A DNA stretch of 64,000 nt from Stegostoma tigrinum (lineage: Eukaryota). Made by a program: the position numbers and the translations under genes. A model generated the notes under the pieces. That model worked only from the letters and a program-made list of their open reading frames with translations, was not told the origin of the DNA and did not search any database. The stretch spans positions 7,489,310-7,553,309 of the forward strand of contig NC_081395.1 in the NCBI RefSeq assembly GCF_030684315.1, written 5' to 3'. This document shows positions 49,616 through 63,092 of the stretch, piece by piece. Every line of letters starts with the position of its first letter. Position 1 is the stretch's first letter.

Positions 49616-52600
49616 TCTCTCTCCTCTCTCTTTATTCGCATCCCCCTCTCCTCTCTCTTTATTCTCATCCCCCTCTCCTCTCTCTTTATTCTCATCCCTC
49701 TCTGCTCTCTCTTTATTCTCATCCCTCTCTCCTCTCTCTTTATTCTCATCCCTCTCTCCTCTCTCTTTATTCTCATCCCCGTCTCCTATCCCTCTCTCCT
49801 CTCTCTTTATTCTCATCCCCCTCTCCTATCCCTCCCTCCTCTCTCTTTATTCTCATCCCTCCCTCCTCTCTTTATTCTCATCCCTCTCTCCTCTCTCTTT
49901 ATTCTCATCCCTCTCTCCTCTCTCTTTATTCTCATCCCTCTCTCCTCTCTCTTTATTCTCATCCAAGTCTCCTATCCCTCTCTCCTCTCTCTTTATTCTC
50001 ATCCCCTTCTCCTATCCCTCTCTCCTCTCTCTTTATTCTCATCCCTCTCTCCAGTCCCTCTCTCCTCTCTCTTTATTCTCATCGCTCTCTCCTATCCCTC
50101 TCTCCTCTCTTTATTCTCATCCCTCTCTCCTCTTTATTCTCATCCCTCTCTCCTCTCTCTTTATTCTCATCCCCGTCTCCTATCCCTCTCTCCTCTCTTA
50201 TTCTCATCCCCCTCTCCTCTCTCTTTATTCTCATCCCTCTCTCCTATCCATCTCCCCTCTCACTTTATTCTCATACCTCTCTCCTATCCCTCTCCCCTCT
50301 CTCTTTATTCTCATCACTCTCTCCTATCCCTCTCTCCTCTCTCTTTATTCTCATCCCTCTCTACTATCCCTCTCTCCTCTCTCTTTATTCTCATCCCTCT
50401 CTCCTATCCCTCTCTCCTCTCTTTATTCTCATCCCTCTCTCCTATCCCTCCCTCCTCTCTCTTTATTCTCATCCCTCTCTCCTCTCTCTTTATTCTCATC
50501 CCTCTCTCTTTATTCTCATCCCTCTCTCATCTCTCTTTATTCTCATCCCTCTCTCCTATCCCTCTCTCCTCTCTTTATTCTCATCCCTCTCTCCTCTCTC
50601 TTTATTCTCATCCCTCTCTCCTCTCTCTTTATTCTCATCCCCGTCTCCTATCCCTCTCTCCTCTCTCTTTATTCTCATCCCTCTCTCCTCTCTCTTTATT
50701 CTCATCCCTCTCTCCTATCTCTCTCTCCTCTCTCTTTATTCTCATCCCTCTCTCCTATCCCTCTCTCCTCTCTCTTTATTCTCATACCTCTCTCCTCTCT
50801 CTATATTCTCATCCCTCTCTCCTCTCTCTTTATTCTCATCCCTCTCTCCTATCCCTCCCTCCTCTCTCTTTATTCTCATCCCTCTCTCCTATCCCTCCCT
50901 CCTCTCTCTTTATTCTCATCCCTCTCTCCTATCCCTCCCTCCTCTCTCTTTATTCTCATCCCTCTCCTCTCTCTTTATTCTCATCCCGCTCTCCTCTCTC
51001 TTTATTCTCATCCCCGTCTCCTATCCCTCTCTCCTCTCTCTTTATTCTCATCCCCCTCTCCTATCCCTCCCTCCTCTCTCTTTATTCTCATCCCTCTCTC
51101 CTATCCCTCCCTCCTCTCTCTTTATTCTCATCCCTCTCTCCTCTCTCTTTATTCTCATCCCGCTCTCCTCTCTCTTTATTCTCATCCCCGTCTCCTATCC
51201 CTCTCTCCTCTCTCTTTATTCTCATCCCCCTCTCCTATCCCTCTCTCCTCTCTCTTTATTCTCATCCCTCTCTCCTATCCCTCTCTCCTCTCTCTTTATT
51301 CTCATCCCTCTCTCCTATCCCTCTCTCCTCTCTCTTTATTCTCATCTCTCTCTCCTATCCCTCTCTCCTCTCTCTTTATTCTCATCCCTCTCCTCTCTTT
51401 ATTCTCATCCCTCTCTCCTATCCCTCTCTCCTCTCTCTTTATTCTCATCCCTCTCTCCTATCCCTCCCTCCTCTCTCTTTATTCTCATCCCTCTCTCCTA
51501 TCCCTCCCTCCTCTCTCTTTATTCTCATCCCTCTCTCCTCTCTCTTTATTCTCATCCCTCTCTCTTTATTCTCATCCCTCTCTCCTCTCTCTTTATTCTC
51601 ATCCCTCTCTCTTTATTCTCATCCCTCTCTCCTCTCTCTTTATTCTCATCCCTCTCTCCTCTCTCTTTATTCTCATCCCACTCTCCTCTCTCTTTATTCT
51701 CATCCCACTCTCCTCTCTCTTTATTCTCATCCCTCTCTCCTCTCTCTTTATTCTCATCCCCGTCTCCTATCCCTCTCTCCTCTCTCTTTATTCTCATCCC
51801 CGTCTCCTATCCCTCTCTTCTCTCTTTATTCTCATCCCCGTCTCCTATCCCTCTCTCCTCTCTCTTTATTCTCATCCCCTTCTCCTATCCCTCTCTCCTC
51901 TCTCTTTATTCTCATCCCTCTCTCCTATCCCTCTCTCCTCTCTCTTTATTCTCATCCCTCTCTCCTATCCCTCTCTCCTCTCTCTTTATTCTCATCCCTC
52001 TGTCCTATCCCTCTCTCCTCTCTTTATTCTCATCCCTCTCTCCTATCCCTCTCTCCTCTCTCCTTATTCTCATCACTCTCTCCTCTCTCCTTATTCTCAT
52101 CCCTCTCTCCTATCCCTCTCTCCTCTCTCCTTATTCTCATCCCTCTCTCCTATCCCTCTCTCCTCTCTCTTTATTCTCATCCCTCTCTCCTCTCTCTTTA
52201 TTCTCATCCCCCTCTCCCATCCCCCCTCCTCTCTCTTTATTCTCATCACCCTCTCCCATCCCCCTCTCCTCTCTCTTTATTCTCATCCCCCTCTCCTCTC
52301 TCTTTATTCTCATCCCCCTCTCCCATCCCCCTCTCCTCTCTCTTTATTCTCATCCCCCTCTCCTCTCTCTTTATTCTCATCCCCCTCTCCTCTCTCTTTA
52401 TTCTCATCCCCCTCTCCCATCCCCCTCTCCTCTCTCTTTACTCTCATCCCCCTCTCCTCTCTCTTTACTCTCATCCCCCTCTCCCATCCCCCTCTCCCAT
52501 CCCCCTCTCCTCTCTCTTTACTCTCATCCCCCTCTCCCATCCCCCTCTCCTCTCTCTTTACTCTCATCCCCCGCTCCCATCCCCCTCTCCTCTCTCTTTA

Positions 52601-55600
52601 CTCTCATCCCCCTCTCCTCTCTCTTTACTCTCATCCCCCGCTCCCATCCCCCTCTCCTCTCTCTTTATTCTCATCCCCCTCTCCTCTCTCTTTATTCTCA
52701 TCCCCCTCTCCCATCCCCCTCTCCTCTCTCTTTATTCTCATCCCCCTCTCCTCTCTCTTTATTCTCATCCCCCTCTCCCATCCCCCTCTCCTCTCTCTTT
52801 ATTCTCATCCCCCTCTCCTCTCTCTTTATTCTCATCCCCCTCTCCCATCCCCCTCTCCTCTCTCTTTATTCTCATCCCCCTCTCCCATCCCCCTCTCCTC
52901 TCTCTTTATTCTCATCCCCCTCTCCTCTCTCTTTATTCTCATCCCCCTCTCCCATCCCCCTCTCCTCTCTCTTTATTCTCATCCCCCTCTCCTCTCTCTT
53001 TATTCTCATCCCCCTCTCCCATCCCCCTCTCCTCTCTCTTTATTCTCATCCCCCTCTCCTCTCTCTTTATTCTCATCCCCCTCTCCCATCCCCCTCTCCT
53101 CTCTCTTTATTCTCATCCCCCTCTCCTCTCTCTTTATTCTCATCCCCCTCTCCTCTCTCTTTATTCTCATCCCCCTCTCCCATCCCCCTCTCCTCTCTCT
53201 TTATTCTCATCCCCCTCTCCTCTCTCTTCATTCTCATCCCCCTCTCCTCTCTCTTTATTCTCATCCCCCTCTCCCATCCCCCACTCCTCTCTCTTTATTC
53301 TCATCCCCCTCTCCTCTCTCTTTATTCTCATCCCTCTCTCCTATCCCTCTCTCCTCTCTCTTTATTCTCATCCCTCTCTCCTATCCCTCTCTCCTCTCTC
53401 TTTATTCTCATCCCTCTGTCCTATCCCTCTCTCCTCTCTTTATTCTCATCCCTCTCTCCTATCCCTCTCTCCTCTCTCCTTATTCTCATCACTCTCTCCT
53501 CTCTCCTTATTCTCATCCCTCTCTCCTATCCCTCTCTCCTCTCTCCTTATTCTCATCCCTCTCTCCTATCCCTCTCTCCTCTCTCTTTATTCTCATCCCT
53601 CTCTCCTCTCTCTTTATTCTCATCCCCCTCTCCCATCCCCCTCTCCTCTCTCTTTATTCTCATCACCCTCTCCCATCCCCCTCTCCTCTCTCTTTATTCT
53701 CATCCCCCTCTCCTCTCTCTTTATTCTCATCCCCCTCTCCCATCCCCCTCTCCTCTCTCTTTATTCTCATCCCCCTCTCCTCTCTCTTTATTCTCATCCC
53801 CCTCTCCTCTCTCTTTATTCTCATCCCCCTCTCCCATCCCCCTCTCCTCTCTCTTTACTCTCATCCCCCTCTCCTCTCTCTTTACTCTCATCCCCCTCTC
53901 CCATCCCCCTCTCCTCTCTCTTTACTCTCATCCCCCTCTCCCATCCCCCTCTCCTCTCTCTTTACTCTCATCCCCCGCTCCCATCCCCCTCTCCTCTCTC
54001 TTACTCTCATCCCCCTCTCCTCTCTCTTTACTCTCATCCCCCGCTCCCATCCCCCTCTCCTCTCTCTTTATTCTCATCCCCCTCTCCTCTCTCTTTATTC
54101 TCATCCCCCTCTCCCATCCCCCTCTCCTCTCTCTTTATTCTCATCCCCCTCTCCTCTCTCTTTATTCTCATCCCCCTCTCCCATCCCCCTCTCCTCTCTC
54201 TTTATTCTCATCCCCCTCTCCTCTCTCTTTATTCTCATCCCCCTCTCCTCTCTCTTTATTCTCATCCCCCTCTCCTCTCTCTTTATTCTCATCCCCCTCT
54301 CCTATCCCCCTCTCCTCTCTCTTTATTCTCATCCCCCTCTCCTCTCTCTTTATTCTCATCCCCCTCTCCCATCCCCCTCTCCTCTCTCTTTATTCTCATC
54401 CCCCTCTCCTCTCTCTTTATTCTCATCCCCCTCTCCCATCCCCCTCTCCTCTCTCTTTATTCTCATCCCCCTCTCCCATCCCCCTCTCCTCTCTCTTTAT
54501 TCTCATCCCCCTCTCCTCTCTCTTTATTCTCATCCCCCTCTCCCATCCCCCTCTCCTCTCTCTTTATTCTCATCCCCCTCTCCTCTCTCTTTATTCTCAT
54601 CCCCCTCTCCCATCCCCCACTCCTCTCTCTTTATTCTCATCCCCCTCTCCTCTCTCTTTATTCTCATCCCCCTCTCCCATCCCCCTCTCCTCTCTCTTTA
54701 TTCTCATCCCCCTCTCCCATCCCCCTCTCCTCTCTCTTTATTCTCATCCCCCTCTCCTCTCTCTTTATTCTCATCCCCCTCTCCCATCCCCCACTCCTCT
54801 CTCTTTATTCTCATCCCCCTCTCCTCTCTCTTTATTCTCATCCCCCTCTCCTCTCTCTTTATTCTCATCCCCCTCTCCTCTCTCTTTATTCTCATCCCCC
54901 TCTCCCATCCCCCTCTCCTCTCTCTTTATTCTCATCCCCCTCTCCCATCCCCCTCTCCTCTCTCTTTATTCTCATCCCCCTCTCCTCTCTCTTTATTCTC
55001 ATCCCCCTCTCCCATCCCCCTCTCCTCTCTCTTTATTCTCATCCCCCTCTCCTCTCTCTTTATTCTCATCCCCCTCTCCCATCCCCCTCTCCTCTCTCTT
55101 TATTCTCATCCCCCTCTCCTCTCTCTTTATTCTCATCCCCCTCTCCCATCCCCCTCTCCTCTCTCTTGATTCTCATCCCCCTCTCCCATCCCCCTCTCTT
55201 TATTCTCATCCCCCTCTCCCATCCCCCTCTCCCCTCTCTTTATTCTCATCCCCCTCTCCATCTCTTTATTCTCATCCCCCTCTCCCATCCCCCTCTCCCC
55301 TCTCTTTATTCTCATCCCCCTCTCCCCTCTCTTTATTCTCATCCCCCTCTCCCATCTCTTTATTCTCATCCCCCTCTCCATCTCTTTATTCTCATCCCCC
55401 TCTCCTCTCTCTTTATTCTCATCCCCCTCTCCCATCCCCCCTCTCCTCTCTCTTTATTCTCATCCCCCTCTCCCATCCCCCTCTCCTCTCTCTTGATTCT
55501 CATCCCCCTCTCCCATCCCCCTCTCCCCTCTCTTTATTCTCATCCCCCTCTCCCATCTCTTTATTCTCATCCCCCTCTCCCCTCTCTTTATTCTCATCCC

Positions 55601-58600
55601 CCTCTCTTTATTCTCATCCCCCTCTCCCATCTCTTTATTCTCATCCCCCTCTCCTCTCTCTTTATTCTCATCCCCCTCTCCCATCCCCCCTCTCCTCTCT
55701 CTTTATTCTCATCCCCCTCTCCCATCCCCCTCTCCTCTCTCTTTATTCTCATCCCCCTCTCCTCTCTCTTTATTCTCATCCCCCTCTCCCATCCCCCTCT
55801 CCTCTCTCTTTATTCTCATCCCCCTCTCCCATCCCCCTCTCCTCTCTCTTTATTCTCATCCCCCTCTCCCATCCCCCTCTCCTCTCTCTTTATTCTCATC
55901 CCCCTCTCCCATCCCCCTCTCCTCTCTCTTTATTCTCATCCCCCTCTCCCATCCCCCTCTCCTCTCTCTTTATTCTCATCCCCCTCTCCTCTCTCTTTAT
56001 TCTCATCCCCCTCTCCTCTCTCTTTATTCTCATCCCCCTCTCCCATCCCCCTCTCCTCTCTCTTTATTCTCATCCCCCTCTCCCATCCCCCTCTCCTCTC
56101 TCTTTATTCTCATCCCCCTCACCCATCCCCCTCTCCTCTCTCTTTATTCTCATCCCCCTCTCCCATCCCCCTCTCCTCTCTCTTTATTCTCATCCCCCTC
56201 TCCCATCCCCCTCTCCTCTCTCTTTATTCTCATCCCCCTCTCCCATCCCCCTCTCCTCTCTCTTTATTCTCATCCCCCTCTCCTCTCTCTTTATTCTCAT
56301 CCCCCTCTCCCATCCCCCTCTCCTCTCTCTTTATTCTCATCCCCCTCTCCTCTCTCTTTATTCTCATCCCCCTCTCCCATCCCCCTCTCCTCTCTCTTTA
56401 TTCTCATCCCCCTCTCCCATCCCCCTCTGCTCTCTCTTTATTCTCATCCCCCTCTCCTCTCTCTTTATTCTCATCCCCCTCTCCCATCCCCCTCTCCTCT
56501 CTCTTTATTCTCATCCCCCTCTCCTCTCTCTTTATTCTCATCCCCCTCTCCCATCCCCCTCTCCTCTCTCTTTATTCTCATCCCCCTCTCCCATCCCCCT
56601 CTCCTCTCTCTTTATTCTCATCCCCCTCTCCCATCCCCCTCTCCTCTCTCTTTATTCTCATCCCCCTCTCCTCTCTCTTTATTCTCATCCCCCTCTCCCA
56701 TCCCCCTCTCCTCTCTCTTTATTCTCATCCCCCTCTCCCCTCTCTTTATTCTCATCCCCCTCTCCCATCCCCCTCTCCTCTCTCTTTATTCTCATCCCCC
56801 TCTCCCATCCCCCTCTCCTCTCTCTTTATTCTCATCCCCCTCTCCCATCCCCCTCTCCTCTCTCTTTATTCTCATCCCCCTCTCCTCTCTCTTTATTCTC
56901 ATCCCCCTCTCCCATCCCCCACTCCTCTCTCTTTATTCTCATCCCCCTCTCCTCTCTCTTTATTCTCATCCCCCTCTCCTCTCTCTTTATTCTCATCCCC
57001 CTCTCCCATCCCCCTCTCCTCTCTCTTTATTCTCATCCCCCTCTCCTCTCTCTTTATTCTCATCCCCCTCTCCCATCCCCCTCTCCTCTCTCTTGATTCT
57101 CATCCCCCTCTCCCATCCCCCTCTCCCCTCTCTTTATTCTCATCCCCCTCTCCCATCTCTTTATTCTCATCCCCCTCTCCCATCCCCCTCTCCCCTCTCT
57201 TTATTCTCATCCCCCTCTCCCATCTCTTTATTCTCATCCCCCTCTCCCATCTCTTTATTCTCATCCCCCTCTCCTCTCTCTTTATTCTCATCCCCCTCTC
57301 CCATCCCCCCTCTCCTCTCTCTTTATTCTCATCCCCCTCTCCTCTCTCTTGATTCTCATCCCCCTCTCCCATCCCCCTCTCCCCTCTCTTTATTCTCATC
57401 CCCCTCTCCCATCTCTTTATTCTCATCCCCCTCTCCCCTCTCTTTATTCTCATCCCCCTCTCTTTATTCTCATCCCCCTCTCCCATCTCTTTATTCTCAT
57501 CCCCCTCTCCTCTCTCTTTATTCTCATCCCCCTCTCCCATCCCCCCTCTCCTCTCTCTTTATTCTCATCCCCCTCTCCCATCCCCCTCTCCTCTCTCTTT
57601 ATTCTCATCCCCCTCTCCCATCCCCCTCTCCTCTCTCTTTATTCTCATCCCCCTCTCCCATCCCCCTCTCCTCTCTCTTTATTCTCATCCCCCTCTCCTC
57701 TCTCTTTATTCTCATCCCCCTCTCCCATCCCCCTCTCCTCTCTCTTTATTCTCATCCCCCTCTCCCATCCCCCTCTCCTCTCTCTTTATTCTCATCCCCC
57801 TCTCCCATCCCCCTCTCCTCTCTCTTTATTCTCATCCCCCTCTCCTCTCTCTTTATTCTCATCCCCCTCTCCCATCCCCCTCTCCTCTCTCTTTATTCTC
57901 ATCCCCCTCTCCTCTCTCTTTATTCTCATCCCCCTCTCCTATCCCCCTCTCCTCTCTCTTTATTCTCATCCCCCTCTCCTCTCTCTTTATTCTCATCCCC
58001 CTCTCCTCTCTCTTTATTCTCATCCCCCTCTCCTATCCCCCTCTCCTCTCTCTTTATTCTCATCCCCCTCTCCTCTCTCTTTATTCTCATCCCCCTCTCC
58101 TATCCCCCTCTCCTCTCTCTTTATTCTCATCCCCCTCTCCTCTCTCTTTATTCTCATCCCCCTCTCCTCTCTCTTTATTCTCATCCCCCTCTCCCATCCC
58201 CCTCTCCTCTCTCTTTATTCTCATCCCCCTCTCCCCTCTCTTTATTCTCATCCCCCTCTCCCATCCCCCTCTCCCCTCTCTTTATTCTCATCCCCATCTC
58301 CCATCCCCCTCTCCTCTCTCTTTATTCTCATCCCCCTCTCCCATCCCCCTCTCCTCTCTCTTTATTCTCATCCCCCTCTCCCATCCCCCTCTCCTCTCTC
58401 TTTATTCTCATCTCCCTCTCCCATCCCCCTCTCCTCTCTCTTTATTCTCATCCCCCTCTCCTATCCCCCTCTCCTCTCTCTTTATTCTCATCCCCCTCTC
58501 CTATCCCCCTCTCCTCTCTCTTTATTCTCATCCCCCTCTCCTCTCTCTTTAGTCTCATCCCCCTCTCCTATCCCCCTCTCCTCTCTCTTTATTCTCATCC

Positions 58601-61600
58601 CCCTCTCCTATCCCCCTCTCCTCTCTCTTTATTCTCATCCCCCTCTCCTGTCCCCCTCTCCTCTCTCTTTATTCTCATCCCCCTCTCCTGTCCCCCTCTC
58701 CTCTCTCTTTATTCTCATCCCCCTCTCCTGTCCCCCTCTCCTCTCTCTTTATTCTCCTGTCCCCCTCTCCTCTCTCTTTATTCTCATCCCCCTCTCCTCT
58801 CTCTTTATTCTCATCCCCCTCTCCTCTCTCTTTATTCTCATCCCCCTCTCCTATCCCCCTCTCCTCTCTCTTTATTCTCATCCCCCTCTCCTATCCCCCT
58901 CTCCTCTCTCTTTATTCTCATCCCCCTCTCCTGTCCCCCTCTCCTCTCTCTTTATTCTCATCCCCCTCTCCTGTCCCCCTCTCCTCTCTCTTTATTCTCA
59001 TCCCCCTCTCCTGTCCCCCTCTCCTCTCTCTTTATTCTCATCCCCCTCTCCTGTCCCCCTCTCCTCTCTCTTTATTCTCATCCCCCTCTCCTCTCTCTTT
59101 ATTCTCATCCCCCTCTCCTGTCCCCCTCTCCTCTCTCTTTATTCTCATCCCCCTCTCCTCTCTCTTTATTCTCATCCCCCTCTCCTCTCTCTTTATTCTC
59201 ATCCCCCTCTCCTGTCCCCCTCTCCTCTCTCTTTATTCTCATCCCCCTCTCCTCTCTCTTTATTCTCATCCCCCTCTCCTCTCTCTTTATTCTCATCCCC
59301 CTCTCCTGTCCCCCTCTCCTCTCTCTTTATTCTCATCCCCCTCTCCTCTCTCTTTATTCTCATCCCCCTCTCCTCTCTCTTTATTCTCATCCCCCTCTCC
59401 TGTCCCCCTCTCCTCTCTCTTTATTCTCGTCCCCCTCTCCTGTCCCCCTCTCCTCTCTCTTTATTCTCGTCCCCCTCTCCTGTCCCCCTCTCCTCTCTCT
59501 TTATTCTCGTCCCCCTCTCCTGTCCCCCTCTCCTCTCTCTTTATTCTCGTCCCCCTCTCCTGTCCCCCTCTCCTCTCTCTTTATTCTCGTCCCCCTCTCC
59601 TCTCTCTTTATTCTCGTCCCCCTCTCCTCTCTCTTTATTCTCGTCCCCCTCTCCTGTCCCCCTCTCCTCTCTCTTTATTCTCGTCCCCCTCTCCTCTCTC
59701 TTTATTCTCGTCCCCCTCTCCTGTCCCCCTCTCCTCTCTCTTTATTCTCGTCCCCCTCTCCTCTCTCTTTATTCTCGTCCCCCTCTCCTGTCCCCCTCTC
59801 CTCTCTCTTTATTCTCGTCCCCCTCTCCTCTCTCTTTATTCTCGTCCCCCTCTCCTGTCCCCCTCTCCTCTCTCTTTATTCTCGTCCCCCTCTCCTCTCT
59901 CTTTATTCTCGTCCCCCTCTCCTGTCCCCCTCTCCTCTCTCTTTATTCTCGTCCCCCTCTCCTCTCTCTTTATTCTCATCCCCCTCTCCTGTCCCCCTCT
60001 CCTCTCTCTTTATTCTCATCCCCCTCTCCTGTCCCCCTCTCCTCTCTCTTTATTCTCATCCCCCTCTCCTGTCCCCCTCTCCTCTCTCTTTATTCTCATC
60101 CCCCTCTCCTGTCCCCCTCTCCTCTCTCTTTATTCTCATCCCCCTCTCCTGTCCCCCTCTCCTCTCTCTTTATTCTCATCCCCCTCTCCTGTCCCCCTCT
60201 CCTCTCTCTTTATTCTCATCCCCCTCTCCTGTCCCCCTCTCCTCTCTCTTTATTCTCATCCCCCTCTCCTGTCCCCCTCTCCTCTCTCTTTATTCTCATC
60301 CCCCTCTCCTGTCCCCCTCTCCTCTCTCTTTATTCTCATCCCCCTCTCCTGTCCCCCTCTCCTCTCTCTTTATTCTCATCCCCCTCTCCTGTCCCCCTCT
60401 CCTCTCTCTTTATTCTCATCCCCCTCTCCTGTCCCCCTCTCCTCTCTCTTTATTCTCATCCCCCTCTCCTGTCCCCCTCTCCTCTCTCTTTATTCTCATC
60501 CCCCTCTCCTGTCCCCCTCTCCTCTCTCTTTATTCTCATCCCCCTCTCCTGTCCCCCTCTCCTCTCTCTTTATTCTCATCCCCCTCTCCTGTCCCCCTCT
60601 CCTCTCTCTTTATTCTCATCCCCCTCTCCTGTCCCCCTCTCCTCTCTCTTTATTCTCATCCCCCTCTCCTGTCCCCCTCTCCTCTCTCTTTATTCTCATC
60701 CCCCTCTCCTGTCCCCCTCTCCTCTCTCTTTATTCTCATCCCCCTCTCCTGTCCCCCTCTCCTCTCTCTTTATTCTCATCCCCCTCTCCTGTCCCCCTCT
60801 CCTCTCTCTTTATTCTCATCCCCCTCTCCTGTCCCCCTCTCCTCTCTCTTTATTCTCATCCCCCTCTCCTGTCCCCCTCTCCTCTCTCTTTATTCTCATC
60901 CCCCTCTCCTGTCCCCCTCTCCTCTCTCTTTATTCTCATCCCCCTCTCCTGTCCCCCTCTCCTCTCTCTTTATTCTCATCCCCCTCTCCTGTCCCCCTCT
61001 CCTCTCTCTTTATTCTCATCCCCCTCTCCTCTCTCTTTATTCTCTTCCCCCTCTCCTCTCTCTTTATTCTCATCCCCCTCTCCTCTCTCTTTATTCTCAT
61101 CCCCCTCTCTTATCCCCCTCTCCTCTCTCTTTATTCTCATCCCCCTCTCCTATCCCCCTCTCCTCTCTCTTTATTCTCATCCCCCTCTCCTATCCCCCTC
61201 TCCTCTCTCTTTATTCTCATCCCTCTCTCCTATCCCTCTCTCCGCTCTCTTTATTCTCATCCCTCTCTCCTATCCCCCTCTCCTCTCTCTTTATTCTCAT
61301 CCCTCTCTCCTATCCCCCTCTCCTCTCTCTTTATTCTCATCCCTCTCTCCTATCCCTCTCTCCTCTCTCTTTATTCTCATCCCTCTCTCCTATCCCTCTC
61401 TCCTCTCTCTTTATTCTCATCCCTCTCTCCTATCCCTCTCTCCTCTCTCTTTATTCTCATCCCTCTCTCCTATCCCTCTCTCCTCTCTCTTTATTCTCAT
61501 CCCCCTCTCCTATCCCTCTCTCCTCTCTCTTTATTCTCATCCCCCTCTCCTATCCCTCTCTCCTCTCTCTTTATTCTCATCCCTCTCTCCTTATTCTCAT

Positions 61601-61793
61601 CCCTCTCTCCTATCCCTCTCCTCTCTCTTTATTCTCATCCCTCTCTCCTATCCCTCTCTCCTCTCTGTTTATTCTCATCCCCCTCTCTCCTCTCTCTTTA
61701 TTCTCATCCCTCTCTCCTATTCCTATCCCTCTCCTCTCTCTTTATTCTCATCCCTCTCTTCTTTCTCTTTATTCTCATCCCTCTCTCCCTCCC
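49616..61793. repeat. ~12.2-kb polypyrimidine/polypurine minisatellite (27-nt and 40-nt units)
   Basis: 27-mer cctctctctttattctcatccccctct, with or without a 13-nt module (cctgtccccctct, cccatccccctct or cctatccctctct); 26 perfect 40-mers at 59961-61000. Confidence 0.97.
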
Positions 61794-61806
61794 CAGGGCC
61801 CATTAC

Positions 61807-61822
61807 CACTGTTTAAGGCCAT
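61807..61822 (-). CDS. ZNRD2: ZNRD2/SSSCA1 exon 1 (MALNS-G)
   Basis: ATG GCC TTA AAC AGT G|GTAATG matches the MALN start recalled for vertebrate SSSCA1; phase 1 joins exon 2; the four exons total 621 nt (206 aa plus stop). Confidence 0.8.
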
Positions 61823-62330
61823 GCTGCTACTTCAGGCACCCTCAGCGTTGTCGGAAGTGACGTCTTCTTGAGGCTTGGCTTCAACTTAACCGCTAAAATG
61901 GGAGAATAGACTAGTCGGACACCCCTCTCCTCCTGCGGGATGGTGAGAATGGGATCGTCCGGGCGGGAGGCGGAGTCTGTGCGATCAAGGGGCGGGACCA
62001 GAGTTCGTAAGGGGGCGGGGTTAGAGTCGGGGCAGGAGCGGAGTCCGGACTCCGGGCGCTGACCTTCGGCGAGGGGGAGGGGGCCAGAATCATTGGTGTT
62101 CGGGGCGGGGTCGGATCCGCGAGGGGGCGGGATCAGACTCGGGCGTTGTCAAGCTCGGGGCGGGGCTCCTTCGTTTAGGGGGCGTGGTTAGTGCGGTAGG
62201 GAGGCGGGGATAACGGCGAAGGGCGGGGTCACAACGGGTAATGGGGGCGGGTGTCTTCTTGGTGCCGTTACCAGGGAGATGCCGAGGCCTAGTTGATCGT
62301 TTGAGGCCTGCCGTCAGGCCGCTCAGATGC
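61823..62330. promoter_or_regulatory. CpG-island bidirectional promoter ZNRD2/SRR
   Basis: ETS/CRE-type CGGAAGTGACGT at 61852-61863; many GGGGCGGGG GC boxes at 61960-62255; possible non-coding SRR exon 1 donor ATG|GTGAGA at ~61943. Confidence 0.7.
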
Positions 62331-63092
62331 TCTCTTTCTGACCCCGACCCTTTTCCAGGGCAAATACAATTGTGCTATTGCAACGGGACCTATGGTGCAG
62401 CGCATATGACTGCACCTCCACGGTCATTGTCAAAAAAAGAGGCAGCTCTTCGGGGCACCGTTAGCTCAGTTTCTCCCCCCTTCTGTACTCCCAATAGTTC
62501 TTTTAATCCCATATCCTCATCCCTATCCCCAGAGCCCTGATAGAAATAGGTCATTCTGCCCATCTTGTCTGTTCCTATCATCTCTGAAAGAGATATCTAG
62601 TCTCATTCCCGCTTTCCACCAGCTCTTGGTCTGTAGACCCTGTTGCTACAAGTGCACATCCAATTTTTTTCTCAGGAGCAGTAAGGATATTACTACCCTT
62701 TCAGGAATTGTGTTCCAGACCCCTTTGAGTGAAAACAGATACCCATCACATGCACCAAGCCCCTGCGCAGCAAAGGTTTCTGTTGCTTACTTTAAATCTA
62801 TGCCTCACTTGTCATTTGACTTGTTCTGTCAAGGAAAGTTGGATTATCTAGAACCTTCAATTCTGTACATCTTGATTAGATCTTGTGTGTTCCGAAGAAA
62901 TCAGACTCAACTATCTGATCTTGTCTCCCAGTTACAATATGCCATTCTGGTAAAGATCTTGCTCTGCATCCTTCCTTATTGCGATCACATCCTTCCTATA
63001 ATGTGGCAATTGCCATTGCATTGTACTATCTGTGGTCTTAACTGCTGCTTTATACCATTCCTGTTGAAATTCTTTGCTAGTTGTAAGTAGCC

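Noticed and set aside
49616-61793. CRISPR-like repeat/spacer reading of the array
   Set aside because: No unique spacers and no cas genes; eukaryotic minisatellite.
49572-61871. Giant ORFs of 1500-2600 aa (S/L/P-rich) and many MRIKREERG ORFs
   Set aside because: Artefacts of a pyrimidine satellite lacking stop codons; open in several frames at once and lying inside ZNRD2 intron 1.
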